DNA of 63,300 nucleotides, filler included, from Octopus bimaculoides (Eukaryota): NCBI RefSeq assembly GCF_001194135.2. It is 7 parts of 6 records of this genome, joined end to end, with 100 filler letters (N's around TTAATTAATTAA, not from the genome) between each part and the next. Parts side by side here need not be neighbours in the genome. Positions count along the whole stretch, not along the records: positions 49,831 to 53,993 come from NC_068986.1; positions 54,094 to 59,577 come from NW_026315691.1; positions 59,678 to 63,300 come from NC_069003.1; 4 more parts are not named here. One strand, given 5' to 3'. The notes beneath the pieces are model-generated. The model was not told the DNA's origin. It made no database searches and saw only the letters and a program-made list of their open reading frames with translations. The translations under genes were made by a program, and so were the position numbers. Shown piece by piece: positions 52,322 to 63,300 of this stretch. How positions within the stretch are numbered: the stretch's first letter is position 1; each line of letters starts with the position of its first letter.

Positions 52322-53947
52322 NNNNNNNNNNNNNNNNNNNNNNNNNNNNNNNNNNNNNNNNNNNNNNNNNNNNNNNNNNNNNNNNNNNNNNNNNNNNNNN
52401 NNNNNNNNNNNNNNNNNNNNNNNNNNNNNNNNNNNNNNNNNNNNNNNNNNNNNNNNNNNNNNNNNNNNNNNNNNNNNNNNNNNNNNNNNNNNNNNNNNNN
52501 NNNNNNNNNNNNNNNNNNNNNNNNNNNNNNNNNNNNNNNNNNNNNNNNNNNNNNNNNNNNNNNNNNNNNNNNNNNNNNNNNNNNNNNNNNNNNNNNNNNN
52601 NNNNNNNNNNNNNNNNNNNNNNNNNNNNNNNNNNNNNNNNNNNNNNNNNNNNNNNNNNNNNNNNNNNNNNNNNNNNNNNNNNNNNNNNNNNNNNNNNNNN
52701 NNNNNNNNNNNNNNNNNNNNNNNNNNNNNNNNNNNNNNNNNNNNNNNNNNNNNNNNNNNNNNNNNNNNNNNNNNNNNNNNNNNNNNNNNNNNNNNNNNNN
52801 NNNNNNNNNNNNNNNNNNNNNNNNNNNNNNNNNNNNNNNNNNNNNNNNNNNNNTATATATGTGTGTGTGTGTGTATGTATATATGTATATATAATGGCTA
52901 AAATGTTTAACACAAACCACATTAAACAGTATACACTTGAAATAACAATTTGCGAGTGAAAAATATATACACTCATGGACACGCCATCACACAAACACAC
53001 ACTCACACACATACACACATACATACACACACACATACATCCATAAACAAGCCCCACTATAATGCAAGAAACATGATTCTCAATAAAACAAAATGGCGGA
53101 CATTAGAAAGTGCAACCACGCTGCTATTTAATAACAATATGCAATTGTGATGGATATGGCGATATGATAGCTGTGTTCTTCTGAGCATTACGTGGTAAGG
53201 GGGTAATGGATAAATATAGTAGCTACAGGGTTCTCGGCCTATCGACTTCTTGGCCTATTGACTTCTCAGCTCATGGATCGCAGGTTTAACGGATCTTTCT
53301 TCCTCTTTTTAAATCTATTCCGTCAAACCTCTTTCTAATTCGCATTGTAATTCTGTCCTTCTCGACTTATATCTACTTACTTGCGACACACCAAAGTTGT
53401 CGGATATACAGATATATGGGGAATGTGGCAGCCACAGTCGGTCATTCGACCTGCAAGATATAGCAACCTAATCGATGCTGAATCATATCCTAATGAAAAC
53501 AATATATGATCTCTTTTTCTATAGGGACAACTGGAATGCACATCGTCGTAATCGATGGAGTGCTATTTATTTATTTATTTATTTATTTATCTTTTTAAGT
53601 ATGTATTAAGTATATACGTATACAAACAAAAGCCACTCATATACAGCTGTCTAAACACAAAATATGTCGCACATTAACGCTAAACAAATGTTAAAACATT
53701 CGGAACTATTTTCAAGTGCGAACAGTTGAGCAATTTAATGTAGTGCATTGTTCAGAATGTATGCTTGAGTATTAAGACACACACGGTTTAGGGAGTAATT
53801 TTTATTTATTTATGCTTTTGCATTCAAAAAATATTTACGATGTTTTTAGCATTTACTTTCAGCTTTGATTTTGCGATTATTGTTGAAACAATTGCTCAGT
53901 TGTATAATTACCGTATAAATGTATACACAACACCTAACATCCACTAA

Positions 53948-53993
<46 letters not shown>

Positions 53994-56107
53994 NNNNNNN
54001 NNNNNNNNNNNNNNNNNNNNNNNNNNNNNNNNNNNNNTTAATTAATTAANNNNNNNNNNNNNNNNNNNNNNNNNNNNNNNNNNNNNNNNNNNNGAGAGAG
54101 AGAGAGAGGGAGAGAGAGAAATAGTTTGATAGATATAGATATAAATGTATATATATATATATGTGTGTGTGTATATATATATACATTATACACACATATA
54201 TATATGTATGTATATATATATGCGTGTGTGTGCATATATATGTATACATATATATATAAATATACAGATATAGGGCAGTATTAAGGCTGCTTCTGTCGCT
54301 AATATGCTAATCCCTGTATATACATATATATATATGTATATATATATATGTATATATATGCGTGTGTATATATATCTAAATATATATAGATTTATATATA
54401 TATACGTACATACGTATGTGAGAATGCGTGTATATGTATAGCGAATCGATGTGTGAGCGTTTTTGAACTGTAAGCCACATACCCAGTCCTTCCGCCACCC
54501 CGAAAAACTGCAACCCTTCCAGATTCGGCAAACGGGTTCTTCCGGTCGAATGCACAACACAGACTCCAACGCCACCTAGCCACAACCGATCCCCGCCAAC
54601 CTCATACCCACCACGTCCCGTGATGGTGGTGGTGGTGGTGGTGGTGGTGGTGGTGGTGGTGATAGTATTTTAGTTTTGCCCTCCCCCTTACATCTGGGTT
54701 CCTCACACGTTGGCAGATGGTGAGATTGTCACGGCTGGATTGTCTTTCATTATAGGATTTCTTCATCAAGACTTACTTTGTCCTAAATAACAACTATATC
54801 TACTAACTAGTATAATGAACATTTGATAATGTAGTCCTAGATACACTATGCCTGAATAAAAGATGGGATGGTCACTGGTGGAACGTCTTTGACCATTGGT
54901 CTGTCTGAACCAGGACTGACCTGGGGCTAAACAACAACAACAACAATAACTATAGCCTCTAATACTAACTACTATGATATACATTAGGTAATGTAGTCCT
55001 AGATACACTTAAGTCGTGTAACAGAACTCGGAAAGTTCGCCCTCCAGCTTGGCGTTCCGGGCACCCTTAAAGCCAGTGGGGTTTCAGCCCCCCTCATGTG
55101 TATGTGTGCGCACGTGCGTGCGTGTGTGTGTGTGTGTTTTAATGTTCAGTTNNNNNNNNNNNNNNNNNNNNNNNNNNNNNNNNNNNNNNNNNNNNNNNNN
55201 NNNNNNNNNNNNNNNNNNNNNNNNNNNNNNNNNNNNNNNNNNNNNNNNNNNNNNNNNNNNNNNNNNNNNNNNNNNNNNNNNNNNNNNNNNNNNNNNNNNN
55301 NNNNNNNNNNNNNNNNNNNNNNNNNNNNNNNNNNNNNNNNNNNNNNNNNNNNNNNNNNNNNNNNNNNNNNNNNNNNNNNNNNNNNNNNNNNNNNNNNNNN
55401 NNNNNNNNNNNNNNNNNNNNNNNNNNNNNNNNNNNNNNNNNNNNNNNNNNNNNNNNNNNNNNNNNNNNNNNNNNNNNNNNNNNNNNNNNNNNNNNNNNNN
55501 NNNNNNNNNNNNNNNNNNNNNNNNNNNNNNNNNNNNNNNNNNNNNNNNNNNNNNNNNNNNNNNNNNNNNNNNNNNNNNNNNNNNNNNNNNNNNNNNNNNN
55601 NNNNNNNNNNNNNNNNNNNNNNNNNNNNNNNNNNNNNNNNNNNNNNNNNNNNNNNNNNNNNNNNNNNNNNNNNNNNNNNNNNNNNNNNNNNNNNNNNNNN
55701 NNNNNNNNNNNNNNNNNNNNNNNNNNNNNNNNNNNNNNNNNNNNNNNNNNNNNNNNNNNNNNNNNNNNNNNNNNNNNNNNNNNNNNNNNNNNNNNNNNNN
55801 NNNNNNNNNNNNNNNNNNNNNNNNNNNNNNNNNNNNNNNNNNNNNNNNNNNNNNNNNNNNNNNNNNNNNNNNNNNNNNNNNNNNNNNNNNNNNNNNNNNN
55901 NNNNNNNNNNNNNNNNNNNNNNNNNNNNNNNNNNNNNNNNNNNNNNNNNNNNNNNNNNNNNNNNNNNNNNNNNNNNNNNNNNNNNNNNNNNNNNNNNNNN
56001 NNNNNNNNNNNNNNNNNNNNNNNNNNNNNNNNNNNNNNNNNNNNNNNNNNNNNNNNNNNNNNNNNNNNNNNNNNNNNNNNNNNNNNNNNNNNNNNNNNNN
56101 NNNNNNN

Positions 56108-56242
56108 GTAACTGGTACTTAATTTATCGACCTCGAAAGGATGAAAGGCAAACTCGACCTCGGCCGAATTTGAACTCAGAACGTAAAGACAGACGAAATA
56201 CCGCAAAGCATTTCGCCCGGCGCGCTAACGATTCTGCCAGCT
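56108..56242 (-). mobile_element. SINE family A, 5' portion
   Basis: Reverse complement AGCTGGCAGAATCGTTAGCGCGCCGGGCGAAATGCTTTGCGGTATTTCG...GTTCTGAGTTCAAATTCGGCCGAGGTCGAG...; the remainder is lost in a gap. Confidence 0.85.
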
Positions 56243-56662
56243 ATATATGAATGCGTGAATGTATGTATGTATGTATGTATGTATGTATGTANNNNNNNNN
56301 NTGTATGTATGTATGTATGTATGTATGTATGTATACGTATGTATATGTATCTATAGATGGATGTTTACTTAATCGTTATGTGAATATTTGTCTGCATATG
56401 CATATATATATATATATATATATACACACTCAAATATAAAAACACATACTTATGTGTATATTATATATATGTATGTATGTGTGGGTGTGTGTGTATAATA
56501 TATATATATATATATATGCATACATATAGTCGTCGAGTCCCAGTCAAAGTGCGGTGATGTCCCTGTTTCTACTCACACCTGATTGACTTCGGCGTTTGAC
56601 AAGTCTTTACGCCGAATTTCGCCCGTTACATGTGTCTGCGTAGGTATATGTATGTGTGCGCG

Positions 56663-56719
<57 letters not shown>

Positions 56720-56868
56720 GTTGTGCTTGTGTGTGTGCGTGTATACGTGCAGCTGTCAAATGTTACGATGCGCTGTCAACGTGTCTGTCTATCGAGAGTG
56801 GTTGGAAATGTGACGGCGTGCGGTGCTACGGGTTGGAAATGGGAATATAGCTAGAGAGAAAAGGAGCG

Positions 56869-56916
<48 letters not shown>

Positions 56917-56991
56917 TCATTTACTAATATGCACACATAAAGATTTACACATAAATATATGCATGTATATACATACTTGTAAATATATTTA

Positions 56992-57042
<51 letters not shown>

Positions 57043-59372
57043 NNNNNNNNNNNNNNNNNNNNNNNNNNNNNNNNNNNNNNNNNNNNNNNNNNNNNNNNNN
57101 NNNNNNNNNNNNNNNNNNNNNNNNNNNNNNNNNNNNNNNNNNNNNNNNNNNNNNNNNNNNNNNNNNNNNNNNNNNNNNNNNNNNNNNNNNNNNNNNNNNN
57201 NNNNNNNNNNNNNNNNNNNNNNNNNNNNNNNNNNNNNNNNNNNNNNNNNNNNNNNNNNNNNNNNNNNNNNNNNNNNNNNNNNNNNGTGTGTGTGTGTGTG
57301 TGTGTGTGTGTGATATGGAACAAAAATAGCAAGTTATGGAGTCGGTTCGTTCGACTAAAATTCTTCCAGGTGGAGCCCCAGCATGGCCGCCATCTCATGA
57401 CTGAAACGAGTAAAAGATAAAAGATAAATGATAAAAGATGCATGCCAAACTTCGTTAATATATCAATTTTCAGAAGAGATATCCAGAACCAGGGTGGTGG
57501 TGGTGTGGTGGTGTCCTGATATGGGACACTACGGGTGGTCGCCTTTACACACAATAGTACATCTCTCCCCGTTACATCCCATCACCTCGTAGCACCCGTC
57601 ACTAAGACCATGCGCCAGGCAAACCTGTCAGCTGACGAAGGGTTAAGAGTCACAATCTCCTGCAGAGCTCATTAGCGGACGGCCGGAACGCTGGTTGAGA
57701 CGGGGGGCTGGGTGGCGCGAAATTATAAGGTGATGGATTTCAAGGAGGTTTTGGTTGTAGCTATGGAACAAAAACAGAGCATACTTGTGGCTGAAATGGC
57801 GGAAGTAGAGGAGCAGCGGAAAGAGGTGCTTGTTGTGAAGAAGATATACCGGAAGTAATAAACTACATTATTGTATTCATGTGTTGTGTGTGTATGTGTT
57901 GCGAGGTATTGAATAGATATACATGTGTATGTGACGTGTGTGTGTGCATGCATGTATGTGTATGTATGATCCTTCAGTTCCGCATATAAATGAGCACCTA
58001 AAAGAGATATACACAATACGTGCATTTTACATGTGTATGTGTATGTGTGCGTATATGTGTGCATGTTTCTGTATGTGCTTGTGTATATTATATACACGCA
58101 CCGTCTTTGGTACATTCACCCACCTTTAATTGAAACTTTCACGAGACAAAACTATGTATGTATATAATAATATAATATATATATATATATATAATTATAT
58201 ATATATANNNNNNNNNNNNNNNNNNNNNNNNNNNNNNNNNNNNNNNNNNNNNNNNNNNNNNNNNNNNNNNNNNNNNNNNNNNNNNNNNNNNNNNNNNNNN
58301 NNNNNNNNNNNNNNNNNNNNNNNNNNNNNNNNNNNNNNNNNNNNNNNNNNNNNNNNNNNNNNNNNNNNNNNNNNNNNNNNNNNNNNNNNNNNNNNNNNNN
58401 NNNNNNNNNNNNNNNNNNNNNNNNNNNNNNNNNNNNNNNNNNNNNNNNNNNNNNNNNNNNNNNNNNNNNNNNNNNNNNNNNNNNNNNNNNNNNNNNNNNN
58501 NNNNNNNNNNNNNNNNNNNNNNNNNNNNNNNNNNNNNNNNNNNNNNNNNNNNNNNNNNNNNNNNNNNNNNNNNNNNNNNNNNNNNNNNNNNNNNNNNNNN
58601 NNNNNNNNNNNNNNNNNNNNNNNNNNNNNNNNNNNNNNNNNNNNNNNNNNNNNNNNNNNNNNNNNNNNNNNNNNNNNNNNNNNNNNNNNNNNNNNNNNNN
58701 NNNNNNNNNNNNNNNNNNNNNNNNNNNNNNNNNNNNNNNNNNNNNNNNNNNNNNNNNNNNNNNNNNNNNNNNNNNNNNNNNNNNNNNNNNNNNNNNNNNN
58801 NNNNNNNNNNNNNNNNNNNNNNNNNNNNNNNNNNNNNNNNNNNNNNNNNNNNNNNNNNNNNNNNNNNNNNNNNNNNNNNNNNNNNNNNNNNNNNNNNNNN
58901 NNNNNNNNNNNNNNNNNNNNNNNNNNNNNNNNNNNNNNNNNNNNNNNNNNNNNNNNNNNNNNNNNNNNNNNNNNNNNNNNNNTATATATATATATATATG
59001 CATATATACACACATATATGTACAACAAAAGAAACAAATTGAGAAATGAAACAGGCAGCATAAAGAACATTCCCTTCATCAGTTGTCCCCTGTTTTATCT
59101 ACGCCGCGTTTCGAAGGTAGGGGACTCATACACACATCCATCTAATAACTGGAAGCAACGGAAACCTTTGTTTGTATCTATATAATTGTCGGAGTTGCTT
59201 TTGGTGTAATGTGTATACGCGTGTGTATATGCATATACACACACAAACACACACACACATATATATGTATATATATGTGTGTGTATGTGTGTGTGCGAGT
59301 GTGTGTGTATACACACATACATACATACGCGCACAAACACATAGATTATGTGACTTTCAACGCATTTTTTTT

Positions 59373-59411
<39 letters not shown>

Positions 59412-59415
59412 CCAA

Positions 59416-59518
59416 ACTGCGTAACGTGCGCCGTCGCTGTTAGGGGGCGCAGCTGACGGTGTCTCAGCCGCGTGTCAGCTACTGCTACAACTGAGACTTA
59501 AAATGAGCGGCCATTTTT
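59416..59518. other. Isolated GC/CpG-rich patch with two interleaved 7-bp inverted repeats
   Basis: AGCTGAC (59451-57) / GTCAGCT (59474-80) and GTCTCAG (59461-67) / CTGAGAC (59491-97). Also TAGGGGGCGC and AAAATGAGCGGCCATTTT. Confidence 0.5.
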
Positions 59519-59945
59519 TTTTTTTTTCGTCTGTTCGTTTTTAAGTATTTCCGCCATTTATATACTTTAAACGTGGGNNNNNNNNNNNNNNNNNNNNNNN
59601 NNNNNNNNNNNNNNNNNNNNNTTAATTAATTAANNNNNNNNNNNNNNNNNNNNNNNNNNNNNNNNNNNNNNNNNNNNTATATATATATATATATATATAT
59701 ATATGCATATATATATATATGCATAAATGTAAATATATAGATACAGAGATAAATATATGTATATGCGTGTATGTATGTTTGCATTTCTGTATATGTCTGT
59801 ATATCTCTTAAAACAAATAAACCATGTATACGATGTGTGTATCACAAATACGTATTTTATGTGTGTGTATACGCATATGCATATATGTATATGAATATGC
59901 AATATACATATATATATATGAATATATATATATATATATATGAAT

Positions 59946-59976
<31 letters not shown>

Positions 59977-60572
59977 AGAAAAAAATACTATGGTTCACAT
60001 ACACATACACACACACATACATACATACATACATACATACGCTCTTTCAAACGTATATAAGCATACAGTTTTATATATATATCCGTTGTTGAAGTTGAAT
60101 GACTCATTTTTCCCATTTTGCTCTATGTACATGATGTAAGAGAACGTATGTTTACATCAATGGACTGGTTAGCTCTGTTATCTACACCCCAAACATAAAT
60201 ATTCTCAGGAAAAGAAGTGGCGTCAGAAGTTTAAACAGTTAGAAGGTTTTTCTTTCTTCAACGAAAAGGGACCAAAGCGATAGATTAATGCGATGAGGAA
60301 GATGGTGAATCTGGCCTCCTGAAATGGTAAAGAGGTGTTACAGAGCATGAGGTATATTTCCTGCAATTAGAAGCCAGAGATAACGTTTCGGTTCCTGTTA
60401 GAAGCCATTTCACATATATTTTTAATACAAATATATATATATATATATACTACAGTCCCTATCAGTATATATGTATACAATTATGTGCTTGACTACAGCA
60501 TTAGAGCATTTTAGCTCTTATTTCTAGCAATGTAGGTGTTCCTAACACCCTAGTCACATTTAGTGAAACATT

Positions 60573-60954
60573 GTTGTTGTTGGCACTCCGTCGCTTACGA
60601 CGTCGAGGTTTCCAGTTGATCCGATCAACGGAACTCGTGAAATTAACGTGCAAGTGGCTGAGCACTCCACAGACACGTGTACCCTTAACGTAGTTCTCGG
60701 GGATATTCAGCGTGACACAGAGTGTGACAAGGCTGACCCTTTGAATTACAGGCACAACCGAAACAGGAAGTAAGAGTGAGAGAAAGTTGTGGTGAAAGAG
60801 TACAGCAGGGTTCGCCACCATCCCCTGCCGGAGCCTCGTGGAGCTTTAGGTGTTTTCGCTCAATAAACACTCACAACGCCCGGTCTGGGAATCGAAACCG
60901 CGATCCTATGACCGCGAGTCCGCTGCCCTAACCACTGGACCATTGCGCCTCCAC
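60573..60954 (-). mobile_element. Full-length tRNA-derived SINE (family B1) with 11-bp target-site duplication
   Basis: AGTGAAACATT at 60562-60572 and 60955-60965; A and B boxes intact; high identity to 47237-47626. Confidence 0.92.
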
Positions 60955-60984
60955 AGTGAAACATTACAATTGTTATAATTATTA

Positions 60985-61190
60985 AGGCCACGAGCTGGGA
61001 GAAACGATAGCCCGTCGGACAGAAATGCTTAGCGGAATTTCTTCTGGTTCTTTATGCTTTGAGCTCAAATACCGCCATCGTCAACTTTGCCTTTCATATT
61101 TTCATTGTTCGATAAAATAAAGTACTAGTCAAGTACTGGGGCCGCTGTAAATTCCCCCCTGAAATTGCCGGCTTTGTGCCAAACGTTAAA
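60985..61190 (+). mobile_element. Degenerate SINE family A copy
   Basis: GGCCACGAGCTGGGAGAAACGATAGCCCGTCGGACAGAAATGCTTAGCGG...CTTTGCCTTTCAT... Confidence 0.7.
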
Positions 61191-61620
61191 ACAATTCCCA
61201 ATTCATAAGCTATTCAATACGCCACTCGCAGCAACACATACAAAGCGTCACGCCACTTTCTCAGAAACTTGTAAACAGCCTGCGAACAATCTCATTCTCT
61301 TATTACAAGACAATGGCTGTTTATAATTTTTAATTAGGTTTGTTAATTACTTTGACATAAAATATCGAACAACATGTAATGTCATTAGCTTTAAGAATTA
61401 TGTTTACTTGTTTTGAAATGAATATTTCGTATTTAATTGAGTTAATTAATTATCTAAATTTTTATTTTCAAACTGATCAACTAAACATGTCCCAGTCTTG
61501 ATCGTATCCTGTCAAGGCCAAGTCGGGTGATCGCTTCACATCAATAGCGATACACTGTAAGGTCATCCGTGGGTAAAGTTGTCATTCACAAGATGAAGAA
61601 AGAACATCTACCCTTTCAAC

Positions 61621-61770
61621 ATTTCGTTTGTCTTTCCGTTCTGAGTTCAAATGCCACCGGGGTCGAGTTTGCTATACATCTCTTCGGGATTGATTAAATA
61701 AGTACCACTTGAACACTGGGGGCCGGTCTAATCGACTTGTCCCCACTTCCAAAATTTCTGGCCTTGTGCT
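61621..61770 (+). mobile_element. SINE family A variant copy
   Basis: GTTCTGAGTTCAAATG...ATACATCTCTTCGGGATTGATTAAATAAG...GGGGGCCGGTCTAATCGACTTGTCCCCAC. Confidence 0.8.
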
Positions 61771-61789
61771 AGAAGCTACAGCATATCTT

Positions 61790-62082
61790 TTATTTTTTAC
61801 CTGTTTCAGTCATTAGGCTATGGCCATGTTGGAGCACCGCCTTGAATTTTTAGTCGAATTAATCGATTCCAATACTTATTTTTTAAGCCTGGTAATTCAA
61901 AGGGCCAGCCTTGTCACACTGTGTCACGCTGAATATCCCCGAGAACTACGTTAAGGGTACACGTGTCTGTGGAGTGCTCAGCCACTTGCACGTTAATTTC
62001 ACGAGCAGGCTGTTCCGTTGATCGGATCAACTGGAACCCTCGTCGTCGTAAGCGACGGAGTGCCAACAACAACAACAACAAC
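61790..62082 (+). mobile_element. Family D 5' part joined to the family B 3' module
   Basis: 61790-61894 is family D (TTTTACCTGTTTCAGTCATT...TAAGCCTGGTA). 61887-62082 is the B tail (GCCTGGTAATTCAAAGGGCCAGCC...GGAGTGCC(AAC)n). Confidence 0.8.
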
Positions 62083-62745
62083 CGTAAGTGAAAAAAGGTT
62101 GAGGAGCACTGTTCTATGTTGTCCAATCATAGTTTGATAGGATCCTCTGTAAAATTTACTCGTTAGTTCAATGATGTTGAATCAGTATCGAACTGACATT
62201 CAATACTATCGACTATGATATGTACATTAAACTGAATCTAGATTCATATGAAATGTGTTTACATTATAGCAACTTTGGGTTTATTGTTCTCCTCTCAGAA
62301 AGGAAGATTAGTCTTGAGAAATATCTCTCTATGATATCGTATTCCTTCTACCAATCACCACCTGTTTGAAATAACTTCATTATGTTTACTCCCCGAACGC
62401 ATTATTGCATTTTTGAAAAAGGTAAGACAGCTATGGTTGAAAGTAAATGAAAGCTGAACTGTTTAGGAGCGAAAACCAATTAAGGTAGAACGTGCGTGCA
62501 AAGATCAGTGAATATAATCAAACTTTGCGTTCATTGTAAATGTTTAACAATGGCGATTTTCTCTGCTATTTCTGTTCGTTGCGTAAGAAACACTGACTTG
62601 AGAGAAAATGTCGCTCCTTCTTTATAAGGATATTACCATTAATTAATTCATTCATAATGCAAATCACGGGGTTTTTATGTAAATTGCCGTATCAGGTGCA
62701 TGTTCTTCTGACAAGCATACAATTTTGACATGGCTTTTAAAACTG

Positions 62746-62958
62746 GTTTCAAATTTTGGCAGAAGGCCAGAAATTTCGGAGGTGGGGACAAGTCGATTAG
62801 ACCGGCCCCCAGTGTTCAAATGGTATTTATTTAATCGATCCCGAAGAGATGTATGGCAAACTTGAACCCGGCGGGATTTGAACTCAGAACGAAAAGACAA
62901 ACGAAATGCTAATAAGCATTTTGTCCAGCGTGCTATCGATTCTGCCGGCTCACCGCCT
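62746..62958 (-). mobile_element. SINE family A variant, full length
   Basis: Reverse complement starts GGCGGTGAGCCGGCAGAATCGATAGCACGCTGGAC and carries the same variant blocks as 61621-61770. Confidence 0.85.
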
Positions 62959-63147
62959 CATTGACTTTTTAAATCAAACAGTGGTTACGAGACAAGTTTC
63001 TAATCAACGATGGTACAACTTCCTGGTTGTCTTCGAAATTCAAGAAGGCTAGAAACGAATCAAAGCGAGATTAGGCTTCTATAGTTGTTTCTTTTTTTTA
63101 TTTGTTACAGTCATTGGACTGCAGCCATACTGGGGCACCAACCATAT

Positions 63148-63261
63148 GGTTCCGGGTTCAGTCCCACTACGTGGCACCTTGAACAAGTGTCTTCTACTAG
63201 AGCCTCGGGCCGATCAAAGCCTTGTGAGTGGATTTGGTAGACGGAAACTGAAAGAAGCCCA

Positions 63262-63264
<3 letters not shown>
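63148..63264 (+). mobile_element. SINE family C (CORE-like) 3' part
   Basis: GGGTTCAGTCCCACTACGTGGCACCTTGAACAAGTGTCTTCTACTAGAGCCTCGGGCCG...GACGGAAACTGAAAGAAGCCCATCG, followed by (TG)n. Confidence 0.8.

Positions 63265-63300
<36 letters not shown>

Noticed and set aside
57630-57700. CTGACGAAGG...CCGGAACGCT
   Set aside because: GAAA is mutated and there is no helix I partner.
57676-57858. Coding-looking frame ...MDFKEVLVVAMEQKQSILVAEMAEVEEQRKEVLVVKKIYRK*
   Set aside because: Short, no recognisable domain, weak splice acceptor, no partner exons.
60880-60954. tRNA-like sequences here and at 47550-47626, 14800-14876 and 32070-32140
   Set aside because: A/B boxes without a complete cloverleaf, continuing into repeat bodies; SINE heads, not tRNA genes.

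Overview
Repeat-saturated, AT-rich eukaryotic DNA. About 10 kb of the window is N gaps, six of them 100-bp gaps holding a TTAATTAATTAA assembly spacer. The dense microsatellites and the tRNA-derived SINE families suggest a coleoid cephalopod, probably Octopus (inference, not checked). I found no convincing host protein-coding gene, rRNA, true tRNA or CRISPR array, and almost all ORF-track entries are translations of microsatellites or gaps. Recognisable content: decayed LINE 3' fragments (two RTE-like, two with a restriction-like endonuclease), Tc1/mariner remnants, a probable non-autonomous Helitron, several SINE families built from shared modules, several fold-back elements and two unidentified decayed ORF-like blocks near 8.4-9.7 kb. 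The most notable signal is RNA structure. Four type I hammerhead ribozyme motifs from unrelated sequence contexts (6071-6165 +, 21941-22016 +, 30526-30582 -, 31957-32002 -), plus weaker relics, all carry a self-complementary helix III. This is the dimer-cleaving architecture known from Penelope-like elements. One of the four sits downstream of a Pol III tRNA-derived head and may be a ribozyme-bearing SINE. All folds and alignments were done by eye and catalytic activity is untested.
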